Positions 1 through 8,183 of a DNA stretch of 16,336 bases are shown here, piece by piece (position 1 is the stretch's first letter; the number at the start of each line of letters is the position of its first letter). The DNA is from Candidatus Hermodarchaeota archaeon (lineage in GTDB: Archaea > Asgardarchaeota > Hermodarchaeia > Hermodarchaeales > Hermodarchaeaceae): contig JAEOUH010000085.1 in NCBI GenBank assembly GCA_016839365.1, positions 1 to 16,336 of the forward strand. Direction: 5' to 3'. The notes below the pieces were generated by a model that was not told where the DNA came from, ran no database searches, and saw only the letters and a program-made list of their open reading frames with translations. Both the position numbers and the translations under genes were made by a program.

Positions 1-2
1 AA

Positions 3-1286
3 GTGCTAGAGCACCAGATTCGAATTAGCAACTCAGAGATTGACATCTTCAAGCAGTGGAATTACACAGTTCTAGATATCTTTGTAGCGATTGATGGACG
101 AGTTGGTACAACCGAGATTTACAATCCTAGTGTGAAGAGTGTGGACGCTGAATTGGCGCATTTGACAAAGTTTGTCCGGAGTCTGCAGCCGACCCCGTTG
201 TTTTCGGGGGTGCAAGACGAGATCAAGCCACCGACTAAGGTTGATCAGTTGTATGATAAGCGGATTCGTGATTTCCCAGGGCAAGCACCGGATATTGTAA
301 CGGCGGCATTACAGGAGGCCCAGAGAGCAGGAGCTAAGCGTACGGCTGGATCATTTTTCTTTGATGAAACTCAGAATATACTCGAGACTTCAGCGGGATT
401 TAGCGGCAGTTATCCCGAATCAGCATATCGAATAACTCTTCGGAGCTTTGTGGAGCCGGAAAGTTCTGGCCAGGGAGTCGCTGTGGGTCGTACCTTCGCT
501 GATATTCAAAAGCATCTAGCACAAGCGGGCCAGGAGTCGGGTGAGATAGCGAAATTAGCTGTAGGGGGAAAGCAAGGAAAAGTAGGAGTTTATGACCTAG
601 TATTGCATCCTACTGTTGCAGCTTCAGTGCTGGGTAGACTGGCGGAAACCGCAAACCCATTGTTGATGCTGCTGGGTATGAGTCCATTGAAGGATAAGGT
701 CGGCGAAAAGCTGGCACCCGACTCATTGAATATATGGGATGACGGTCGCATTCCCAATGGTCTTGGTAGTGCGCCCTTCGATTTTGAAGGAACCCCAACT
801 CAAAGATCACCCCTCTTCGAGAAGGGAACCCTGCAAGGAGTCGTTCATAACGCTTCATCCGCCCGTATGGAGAAAACCAAGAGTACTGGGAACTGTCAAC
901 TGGTTTTAATTGGTATGGGTTCCAGATTCGTTGTCCCCATTTCTACGAACCTTGTGTTTTCAGAAGGGGATGCATCCTTTGAAGAACTGATCGAACCGCA
1001 AAGACCTACCATCTATGTGACATCGAATTGGTATTTACGATATACAAGTCAACTGGAGGGCACGTTCTCGACAATTCCACGGGATGGGATGTTTCTCATC
1101 GAAAAAGGGGAAATCGGTCAGCCAATTCAGAAACTGCGTATCGCAGACAATCTTCTTCGGATGTATGCTAACATCGAAGCCTTAGGAAAATCAGCCCGCC
1201 AGGTCAAGTGGTGGGAAGTGGACACACCTACTTTCATGCCCTTCGTTCGTGTCAAGGATGTGCCCATGACGGCGGCTACACAGTAA
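3..1286 (+). CDS. TldD/PmbA family protein, PmbA/TldE-type subunit (probably 5'-truncated by the window edge)
   Basis: C-terminal family motifs are present: IWDDGRIPNGLGSAPFDFEGTPTQR, GTLQGVVHN, STGN, GMFLIEKGEI and LRIADNL. There is no HExxxH motif, so it is PmbA/TldE-like rather than TldD. The ORF is open from the window edge. Confidence 0.88.
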   Translation: MLEHQIRISNSEIDIFKQWNYTVLDIFVAIDGRVGTTEIYNPSVKSVDAELAHLTKFVRSLQPTPLFSGVQDEIKPPTKVDQLYDKRIRDFPGQAPDIVTAALQEAQRAGAKRTAGSFFFDETQNILETSAGFSGSYPESAYRITLRSFVEPESSGQGVAVGRTFADIQKHLAQAGQESGEIAKLAVGGKQGKVGVYDLVLHPTVAASVLGRLAETANPLLMLLGMSPLKDKVGEKLAPDSLNIWDDGRIPNGLGSAPFDFEGTPTQRSPLFEKGTLQGVVHNASSARMEKTKSTGNCQLVLIGMGSRFVVPISTNLVFSEGDASFEELIEPQRPTIYVTSNWYLRYTSQLEGTFSTIPRDGMFLIEKGEIGQPIQKLRIADNLLRMYANIEALGKSARQVKWWEVDTPTFMPFVRVKDVPMTAATQ

Positions 1287-1446
1287 CAGACTTACAATAT
1301 AAGACCGGGTTAATTTTATAGGTGGAGAGTGAAAAGAGGTCAGCGCGGTTGCGAAAACCATAATAAGTTCAACCCCGATGAACGTTAACCTACCAATCGG
1401 TGACCAATACCTTAAATTTGACCAGTAGCTCCAATGGGATGATAAG

Positions 1447-3171
1447 ATGGGAAGAAACGGTGGCAAGAAAGTAGTTTTAACCGCCCCAGTTGCTGAAATG
1501 GCGGGATGGGATGCCGACCCCTTCATGGCATTTGCAGGTGGATTTCCGGGTCGATTATTTCCACCCTTTCTACTAAAGCGAATGTATAAGCCCGATAAAC
1601 CAAACGCGGATTATTCCGCACCTTTTGCCCCCTATGGACTCCGAAAAATCGAGGCGTCACTTTTGGAAAATGGCTTCGATGAAGACGATGTGATGACCGT
1701 TCACCCCAGATACCTCAAACATGTTATGGGACCTAACACGAAAGTCGTGGGTATCTCGAGTATGGATCCTCTTGGGATGGCCTACGTGAGTTTGACCTAT
1801 ACATCGCTCACCGGTCTAGGAGACGTATCAGCTACTGGTGTTGAGTTTTGGCGATTATCACAACATCCCGCACTAAAAGAATATAAAGTCCCCCGCATTC
1901 TGGGTGGTGCAGGCTCCTGGCAACTAAAGAACCCTAGGCTGCGTAAAGAATATGGAATCGACTGCATTGTTATGGGTGAATCGGAACACGATGCTCCTGA
2001 ACTCTTCAACAAAGCCATTCGGGGTGAAAAATTACCTCCCATAGTCCAGGCTAAACGCCCAACCGATGAAGAAATTCCCGCCATTCGAAACGGAGCCATT
2101 TATGGAGCAGTAGAAATTTCTCGTGGGTGTGGACGAGGGTGCCAATTTTGCTCGCCAACAATGAAATATCGCCGCAATTTTCCGATTAAAAAAATCCTCC
2201 AAGAAGTCCGAGCGAATTTACGAAGCGGCGCTAATATGATTCTCTTGAATACAGATGATGTCTTTTTGTATGGGTCAAAAGAGAGATTTCTTCCCAACCG
2301 GGAAGCTGTGGTCGGAGTCTACAAAGCGGTTGTGAATGAACCCGGTGTCGATGTGGTTCAAACAGCACATGCCTCTCTTGCCCCAGCAATCCTTGATCCT
2401 CAAATGGTGTCCGAGATCACTGAAACCATAGGGGATAAATGTCGATATCAATACCGAGGGAATCCCGTGGTAACAGTCGAAGTAGGTGTGGAAACGGGGA
2501 GCCCGCGATTGATGCAAGAACATATGCGCGGGAAGGCATTACCCTATGATGTAAGCCAATGGCCTGAAATTGTATGTGAAGCATACGGGATTCTCAATGA
2601 TGCCAACTGGGTGCCCTTATGTACGCTAGTCACGGGATTACCGAAGGAAACCGAAGAGGATGTTTTACTCACTTTAGATTTGATACACCGGATGCGCCGG
2701 TTCAGGACCTTCTTCGTCCCCCTCTTTTTCGTTTCGTTAGAAGACTGTGCATTGCGGAGGGAGAAAACACTGAACCTTCGTCGCCTTACTGACTTACAAT
2801 GGCAAATGTTCATTGAATGCTGGGATCATAACCTACTCCATTGGCGCGACACCTGGCTCGGCGAAATCAAAGACTTCTGGCTCAACCGCCAATTCATCAA
2901 ACTCGTCGGTGGCTTCCTCTATCTAGCCTACTACAAACACAAGCACGGAGGACGATCCAAACAAATGCTTAATCGGATTTCGGGTATCCTCGGAAAGGAT
3001 TTCCGGTTCCTATTACCCTTCCAACATCCGTTTGGAGGAGAACTACCAGAATCCTTGAAACAACGGCGTCAAACCCGCTTAAGCCTTCTCCCTGTGATTC
3101 CTGGCAGTGAGGATGTACCTCGCGAGTTGCACTATGTCAACCATGAACCCCATTATCGGTTGCGATATTAA
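1447..3171 (+). CDS. B12-binding-domain radical SAM protein of the archaeal Grs/Gms (tetraether-lipid modification)-like family
   Basis: It has the CxxxCxxC motif (RGCGRGCQFC). The N-terminal cobalamin-binding-like region carries APYGLRKIEASL, GGAGSWQ and GESE. Barrel motifs include DDVFLYG, HASLA, EVGVETGSPRL and GLPKETEED. The radical SAM call is secure; the specific function is not. Confidence 0.85.
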   Translation: MGRNGGKKVVLTAPVAEMAGWDADPFMAFAGGFPGRLFPPFLLKRMYKPDKPNADYSAPFAPYGLRKIEASLLENGFDEDDVMTVHPRYLKHVMGPNTKVVGISSMDPLGMAYVSLTYTSLTGLGDVSATGVEFWRLSQHPALKEYKVPRILGGAGSWQLKNPRLRKEYGIDCIVMGESEHDAPELFNKAIRGEKLPPIVQAKRPTDEEIPAIRNGAIYGAVEISRGCGRGCQFCSPTMKYRRNFPIKKILQEVRANLRSGANMILLNTDDVFLYGSKERFLPNREAVVGVYKAVVNEPGVDVVQTAHASLAPAILDPQMVSEITETIGDKCRYQYRGNPVVTVEVGVETGSPRLMQEHMRGKALPYDVSQWPEIVCEAYGILNDANWVPLCTLVTGLPKETEEDVLLTLDLIHRMRRFRTFFVPLFFVSLEDCALRREKTLNLRRLTDLQWQMFIECWDHNLLHWRDTWLGEIKDFWLNRQFIKLVGGFLYLAYYKHKHGGRSKQMLNRISGILGKDFRFLLPFQHPFGGELPESLKQRRQTRLSLLPVIPGSEDVPRELHYVNHEPHYRLRY

Positions 3172-3176
3172 AAGGC

Positions 3177-3944
3177 TCATTGAAGCCTTCGAATCGCTTC
3201 AACAATGGCGGTCAATGTGTCTCCTGCCTCAGCGTTGAATACCAGTTCTGCAGTCTGATCAAAGGGAGTAGGTTCTTCGTTTATGATAATGAGTTTTGCT
3301 CCACTTTGACAGGCAATAGTAGGAAGAGAAGCAACCGGGTAGACCAATAACGATGAGCCAATCGCTAACATTAACCTGCATTGTCTAGCAGATTCAATGG
3401 CAATGGCTATTTCTTTTTGAGGTAGTGCTTCGCCAAAAAAAACGGCGTCTAATTTTATGAGCCCTCCACAAGCGGGACACATCACGGGAATTTGCCGTTT
3501 CCTAATTGTCTTTTCAAGATATTTTTGATCAACTTTGTTATGGCATACCGTACATGTTGCACTTGAGAGACTGCCATGAACTTCAATTACATTCTGGCTA
3601 CCTGCGCGTTGATGTAAACCATCAACATTTTGTGTAATGACCAAGTCTAACTTTTTTATTTTCTCAAGTTCGGCCAATTTAGTATGGGCAGGATTCGGCT
3701 TTGCATTCAAGACAACAGGTGCCAATTCTAATGCCATTTCCCACCACGCCTTGGGATCACTGAGGAACCCATTTACACTGGCAAATTTCATGGGGTCAAC
3801 TTTTGTCCAAAGGCCACCAGGGCTCCGAAAATCGGGGATGCCACTTTTTGTCGATACGCCAGCTCCGGTTAGGGCTATTGTAGAGGTTGAATTAAGAATC
3901 ATTTGGGCAGCTCGTTCTATACTTTGAGTTGACACGCCGGACAT
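3177..3944 (-). CDS. cobB: NAD-dependent protein deacylase, Sir2/CobB family
   Basis: Motifs GAGVSTKSGIPDFR, TQNVDGLH, catalytic HG, Zn ribbon CTVC...CPAC, GSSLLVYP and IIINEEPT. Confidence 0.95.
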   Translation of the reverse strand: MSGVSTQSIERAAQMILNSTSTIALTGAGVSTKSGIPDFRSPGGLWTKVDPMKFASVNGFLSDPKAWWEMALELAPVVLNAKPNPAHTKLAELEKIKKLDLVITQNVDGLHQRAGSQNVIEVHGSLSSATCTVCHNKVDQKYLEKTIRKRQIPVMCPACGGLIKLDAVFFGEALPQKEIAIAIESARQCRLMLAIGSSLLVYPVASLPTIACQSGAKLIIINEEPTPFDQTAELVFNAEAGDTLTAIVEAIRRLQ

Positions 3945-4052
3945 CCTTCTTATGGAAGCTAACCACGGTGAGAAGTCATAAACCTGTGGGTGTTGTGATT
4001 TCAGTACACATTATAACTAACTACTAGCCTGTTTAACCCAGGTGTACCATCG

Positions 4053-5600
4053 TTGAATGAATCACAGCTTGTTATGGCAATCGATATTGGAACTAGTGGA
4101 ACCCGCACGGTGGTATTTGATTCAAAGTCAGGTAATCTAGTTGCCCAGACCCATCAGGAGTATTCCAGTATGTTTCCTCAGCCAACATGGGTAGAGCAGG
4201 ATGCCCAAGATTGGTGGCGAACTACATGTAACACCTGCCACGCGACTCTCAAGAAAATCGGTAAACGGATAAAGAACCTTGTGGCGGTTAGCATCACAAA
4301 CCAGCGAGAAACTATCGTTCCTGTTGATTCAGCAGGAAATCCCCTTTACAATGCTCTTGTGTGGCAAGATCGTCGAACGACTCGACAGTGCTCTACAATC
4401 CAAACCGAGTTGGGAGCGGAGAAGGTTTATGAAGTAACGGGATTGACAATCGATCCATACTTTTCTGCGTCGAAAATTCTCTGGTTCAAACAGGATAAGC
4501 CCCGTGTTTTCGAAAAAGCCCATAAATTCCTCCTCGTTCATGATTTCATTCTGCATCGATTAACAGGACGATTTGCGACAGATTATAGCAACGCTTCTAG
4601 GACCATGTTATTTAATGTACAGAAAATGGAATGGTCCAATCTAATATGTAACCAGCTAGAAATTCCAAAAGAGAAACTCCCACCAGCTCATCCATCGGGC
4701 ATGAACATCGGGGAACTTACCACTACCGCAGCAAAGGCAACGGGCCTCCCCAAGGGACTTGCTGTTGTTATTGGAGGTGGAGATCAGCAATGCGGTGCAG
4801 TCGGGGTTGGTGTGGTCAAGGCCGGTACAGTAAAAGCCACCATAGGAACAGGCACCTTCATTTTAGCTTTCGAGGAAAACCCGAAGTTCGATCCTCAACG
4901 ACGCCTACTTTGTAGTTGTCATGCCGTTCCGAACCAATGGGTGATCGAAGCAAGTATATTCACTAGTGGCATAATCTATCGATGGTTCAGGGACCAGTTT
5001 GGACACGAAGAGAAACAACTGGCGAAACTCTTAGAAAGAGATGCTTACGAGTTTATGGACCATCAGGCCCACCAATCACCTCCTGGATCAAGAGGAGTCA
5101 TCCTTTTGCCCCACTTCATAGGCGCTGGCGCGCCTTATTGGAACCCTCAAGCTCGTGGAGTGATTATTGGACTAGCTCTCGGTCATTCTCGTGCAGATAT
5201 TATCCGAGCAATCATGGAAGGCACCAGTTATGAAGTGCGCCGGAACCTAGAGGTCATGGAGAACTTGGGGATTAGACTAAAAGAACTTCGGCTCACAGGT
5301 GGAGCGACTCGAAGCACCGTGTGGAATCAAATTCTAACGGATATTACTGCGGTGCCAGTTCAGCTCAGTCAAGTCGAGGAAGCCACAGCCCTTGGAGCAG
5401 CCATTCTTGCATCAGTTGGTGGTGGTCTGTATCCAACGGTGGATCGAGCAGTCGAATCGATGGTCACGGGTGGGGCACGATTTGAACCATCAGTTGAAAT
5501 CATAGACCACTATAACAAACTGTATGCCGTTCAAACGGATGCCTATCAAGCCTTAGAGAAGGCAAAGGTTTTTTCACAACTGAGCATACTTGAGGCATGA
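4053..5600 (+). CDS. FGGY-family carbohydrate kinase (xylulokinase/glycerol kinase/gluconokinase-like)
   Basis: Motifs IDIGTSGTR, WVEQD, ITNQRET, WQDRRT, TDYSNASRT, GGGDQ, GTG, PHFIGAGAPYWNP, RAIMEG, LTGGATRS and EATALGAA. TTG start. Confidence 0.93.
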   Translation: MNESQLVMAIDIGTSGTRTVVFDSKSGNLVAQTHQEYSSMFPQPTWVEQDAQDWWRTTCNTCHATLKKIGKRIKNLVAVSITNQRETIVPVDSAGNPLYNALVWQDRRTTRQCSTIQTELGAEKVYEVTGLTIDPYFSASKILWFKQDKPRVFEKAHKFLLVHDFILHRLTGRFATDYSNASRTMLFNVQKMEWSNLICNQLEIPKEKLPPAHPSGMNIGELTTTAAKATGLPKGLAVVIGGGDQQCGAVGVGVVKAGTVKATIGTGTFILAFEENPKFDPQRRLLCSCHAVPNQWVIEASIFTSGIIYRWFRDQFGHEEKQLAKLLERDAYEFMDHQAHQSPPGSRGVILLPHFIGAGAPYWNPQARGVIIGLALGHSRADIIRAIMEGTSYEVRRNLEVMENLGIRLKELRLTGGATRSTVWNQILTDITAVPVQLSQVEEATALGAAILASVGGGLYPTVDRAVESMVTGGARFEPSVEIIDHYNKLYAVQTDAYQALEKAKVFSQLSILEA

Positions 5601-5606
5601 GCGTGT

Positions 5607-6902
5607 ATGACAGAACTCCAATTACGATACGGGCAAGGGCATGTCCAGCTGGAAGTACCCAAAGACAACCTTGGTGAAATCATACAGCCACGAAAAAAAG
5701 AAGCTTCAAAGGATGTTGCAGCTTCCCTTCGAACGGCCATTCAAAACCCCGTTGGTATTTCGCTTGCAGAAACCATCGCGAATCGCCGCGTGTGTGTTTT
5801 AGTGGAAGATGGAACCCGAGCAGAACCACACGAGATTATCCTGGCTGAACTGACCCCTCATTTTCAACCCGCAAAAGAACTCACCTTCATCATTACAACC
5901 GGCTCCCATGAACCGAATAGTACACGTAATCAAGAAATCATACAGGCCATCCATCAAAACTGTAAAGCAAACAACCTTGAAGCCTATCGTGTTCTGGTCC
6001 ATGATGCGCTCCAATCTCCCTGTAAATTAGTGGGAACAAGCAGCCGAGGAACCGAAGTTCGCGTAAACGAAGAAGTCTTGGATATGGAAGCATTCGTCGT
6101 TGCCGCGGATATGAAAAACCACTATTTTGCGGGATATTCTAACGTCCTGAAGAATTTCCTGCCCGGCATTTGTGATTTCAATACCATCGAAGGCAATCAC
6201 AGCCTCGCATTGGAACCGGAATCCACCTTTGGTCGCCATCCGTTTCACCCAAATCCCGAACGGCAAACTAATCCCGTAGCAGAGGACATGCTAGAGGGAA
6301 TGCAGATGATTCTACAAGATCGGCCGGTGTTCCTTCTGGCAATGGTAACTAGTGGTCCATACATCATATGGTCAAAGAGTGGATCACTAAAACCTGTCAC
6401 TAGTGAAGGATTCCAGGTCATTGACGATACCGCTTCCTTTTCTGTGCCACCAGCAGATTATATCATCGTCACACCGGGTGGCAACCCCCAAGATGAAAGT
6501 CTCTACAACGCACAACGCGGATTAGAACTCACGAAAAACGCCGTTCAGGATGAAGGCGAAGTACTCCTTCTTGCAGAATGTCCCAAGGGCATTGCACCAA
6601 CCCCTATAGCTCGGGAATTTTTTTATGATTACCTCATCATGCCGCTTCCCGAAATGATGACAAGAATCCGTGACCATTACAGGCTATACACACATAAGAG
6701 CTGGAAATTCGGTGAACTCATCCAGCGTCTCAGTCATATCTGGCTTTATTCGACTCTTGATAGAAACCAGGTAGAAACTGCTCATATCGCTTATGCCCCA
6801 CATCCCCAAAAGGTTGTAGACTCATGGCTACAAAAAGATCCTGCTGCTACAATCCATGTCTTTCATGACGCTAACAAAATAGCCGTTTATGCACGAACTT
6901 AA
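5607..6902 (+). CDS. LarA (lactate racemase)-family nickel-pincer-dependent 2-hydroxyacid racemase/epimerase
   Basis: Motifs LxYG near the N-terminus, EDGTR, TGSH, HDA, GTSSRGT, HYFAGYS-x3-K-x2-LPG (cofactor-binding Lys), NH, GGNPQD-x2-YNAQRG and AECPKG. It starts 6 nt after the kinase stop. Confidence 0.88.
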   Translation: MTELQLRYGQGHVQLEVPKDNLGEIIQPRKKEASKDVAASLRTAIQNPVGISLAETIANRRVCVLVEDGTRAEPHEIILAELTPHFQPAKELTFIITTGSHEPNSTRNQEIIQAIHQNCKANNLEAYRVLVHDALQSPCKLVGTSSRGTEVRVNEEVLDMEAFVVAADMKNHYFAGYSNVLKNFLPGICDFNTIEGNHSLALEPESTFGRHPFHPNPERQTNPVAEDMLEGMQMILQDRPVFLLAMVTSGPYIIWSKSGSLKPVTSEGFQVIDDTASFSVPPADYIIVTPGGNPQDESLYNAQRGLELTKNAVQDEGEVLLLAECPKGIAPTPIAREFFYDYLIMPLPEMMTRIRDHYRLYTHKSWKFGELIQRLSHIWLYSTLDRNQVETAHIAYAPHPQKVVDSWLQKDPAATIHVFHDANKIAVYART

Positions 6903-6958
6903 TAGGGACACCGGTTCCTCCACGTCATCGAGATTATCGGGAATTTGTGCCGACTTAA

Positions 6959-6994
6959 AATGTTTCAGAAGGAAACATTAAGAACGGTTCCGTT
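6959..6994. promoter_or_regulatory. Tandem dyad elements overlapping a putative promoter upstream of the Zn-domain/wHTH gene
   Basis: AATGTTTC-agaag-GAAACATT (6959-6979) and AACGG-tt-CCGTT (6983-6994). GAAACATTAAG also resembles a BRE/TATA element. Confidence 0.4.
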
Positions 6995-7029
6995 GCAATA
7001 TACTCGGAAACAATCCTGGGAGCTCACCA

Positions 7030-7512
7030 ATGCCTGTCGTATACACCTATTGTGAAAAGTGCAAGGCATACATAGCAATAGACGTCTCACCAGATATCAT
7101 CCAACGTCAGAACGTCTTTCCCTTTCCCTACTCCTATGTGCATGGAGACCCTTCGCATGTTATCACAATATACCTAGATCAGGACCTCGTCGAACGTGGT
7201 CATGAAGTATCAGAAATCCATGCAGGCAACGAAGTCGAGGTGCCTCAATCTCAGCCTGGAGCACCACAGCCTACTGCCCCAACAACCAGACAAATGGTCG
7301 GGACGAAAAGCCGTCGAATTGTTCCCCGGGTCGTCGCAGATTTAGAAAAGCAAAAGCTATCAATCACAGAATTCCGAATGCTCAGCTTATGCGATGGAAA
7401 AATAACTCTGCAGGAAATCGCTGAGAAAATGGGCCTACAATTTTTCATTGCCATGCGAATGCTTTTAGACCTCCAGAAGCGTGGGCTTGTAGATTTCGAA
7501 AAACGTTTCTAA
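7030..7512 (+). CDS. Putative Zn-binding (CxxC...H...H) N-terminal domain, P/Q/T-rich linker and C-terminal winged HTH
   Basis: N-domain YCEKC...FPFPYSYVHGDPSHVITIYLD...RGHE; linker PQSQPGAPQPTAPTT; wHTH-like LSLCDGKITLQEIAEKMGL...LLDLQKRGLVDF. Confidence 0.75.
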   Translation: MPVVYTYCEKCKAYIAIDVSPDIIQRQNVFPFPYSYVHGDPSHVITIYLDQDLVERGHEVSEIHAGNEVEVPQSQPGAPQPTAPTTRQMVGTKSRRIVPRVVADLEKQKLSITEFRMLSLCDGKITLQEIAEKMGLQFFIAMRMLLDLQKRGLVDFEKRF

Positions 7513-7578
7513 TCAAGAATAAGAGGAACGAATGATTCATAACCCTAGTTTGATAGTACGAATATATGGTGAAATGAC

Positions 7579-8088
7579 ATGGGTGTCAAAGGTTGGCTCG
7601 GTTGGCACTTCAAAATGCAAAAAACCTCACTGAATGCATTCCAAGCTTTGGTCGCCGCAGTGATCGATGATGTCCTTGAATCCTGTAAGGGCGACGTCAA
7701 CATGGCAAATGAAAAATTATTGCGGTTAGGTAGCGCGATGGCAGAAACTCTCTTGTTCGAATACAGCGATACCATAGGAGAACATGCAACCACCTTCGAT
7801 GGATTCCTCGACACTTTCACACTAGCAACGCGCGTAATGTTAGGGAGAGCCTTTGACAACGCGTTCTACGACAAAGCTGAGAGAAAAATTGTTTACGTCT
7901 TCAACGAGTGCCCCATCTGCGAAAACATTCGAATGTCCGATGAATTCAATGGCTTGAAATACTGCAACATCCTCAGCGGTGTCTTTCAACACGTCCTAAC
8001 GCTCCGCGGTTTCAGCAGCGTCTGTGAAGAAGTCCAATGCAAGACGTGGGGCGCAGATTCTTGTGTGTGGGAGCTACGCGAGGTTTAA
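7579..8088 (+). CDS. Bet3/TRAPPC3-like (V4R-fold) protein with Zn-binding cysteines
   Basis: By eye it is colinear with eukaryotic Bet3 (NEKLLRLG, RVMLG, ECPICENIRMSDEFNGLKYCNILSGVFQHVL). V4R-type Cys pattern: CP..C, YCN, QCKTWGADSC. A GGTGA SD lies just upstream of ATG 7579; an alternative ATG is at 7615. Confidence 0.8.
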   Translation: MGVKGWLGWHFKMQKTSLNAFQALVAAVIDDVLESCKGDVNMANEKLLRLGSAMAETLLFEYSDTIGEHATTFDGFLDTFTLATRVMLGRAFDNAFYDKAERKIVYVFNECPICENIRMSDEFNGLKYCNILSGVFQHVLTLRGFSSVCEEVQCKTWGADSCVWELREV

Positions 8089-8183
8089 AGCCTCTTCATA
8101 GCCTTTGGTTTTTTGTTACCTGAGTGGGTTTTGAGGCTTGGAAAGAAAGTTTGATAAGTTAACCAATATCAGGTCTCGATGGA

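Noticed and set aside
3-3171. PmbA/TldE next to a radical SAM gene as a RiPP biosynthetic cluster
   Set aside because: No precursor peptide, RRE or SPASM domain, or transporter is visible. The radical SAM protein fits a different archaeal family, and TldD/E are common housekeeping genes.
3177-3944. Sir2 as an anti-phage NADase (Thoeris/DSR-type)
   Set aside because: It is a canonical 255-aa Zn-ribbon sirtuin with no fused domains or defence neighbours.
4053-5600. Assigning glpK or xylB to the kinase
   Set aside because: It mixes glycerol-kinase-like (TNQRET, DPYFS) and xylulokinase-like (GGGDQ) features, so the substrate cannot be called from sequence.
6903-6950. Possible C/D box sRNA on the minus strand (CGATGA resembling a C box)
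   Set aside because: The C box is imperfect and I found no suitably spaced CTGA D box.
8088-8140. AAGCCTC...GAGGCTT inverted repeat around a T-run after the Bet3-like gene
   Set aside because: The stem is short with a long spacer. It is compatible with an ordinary terminator region or chance.
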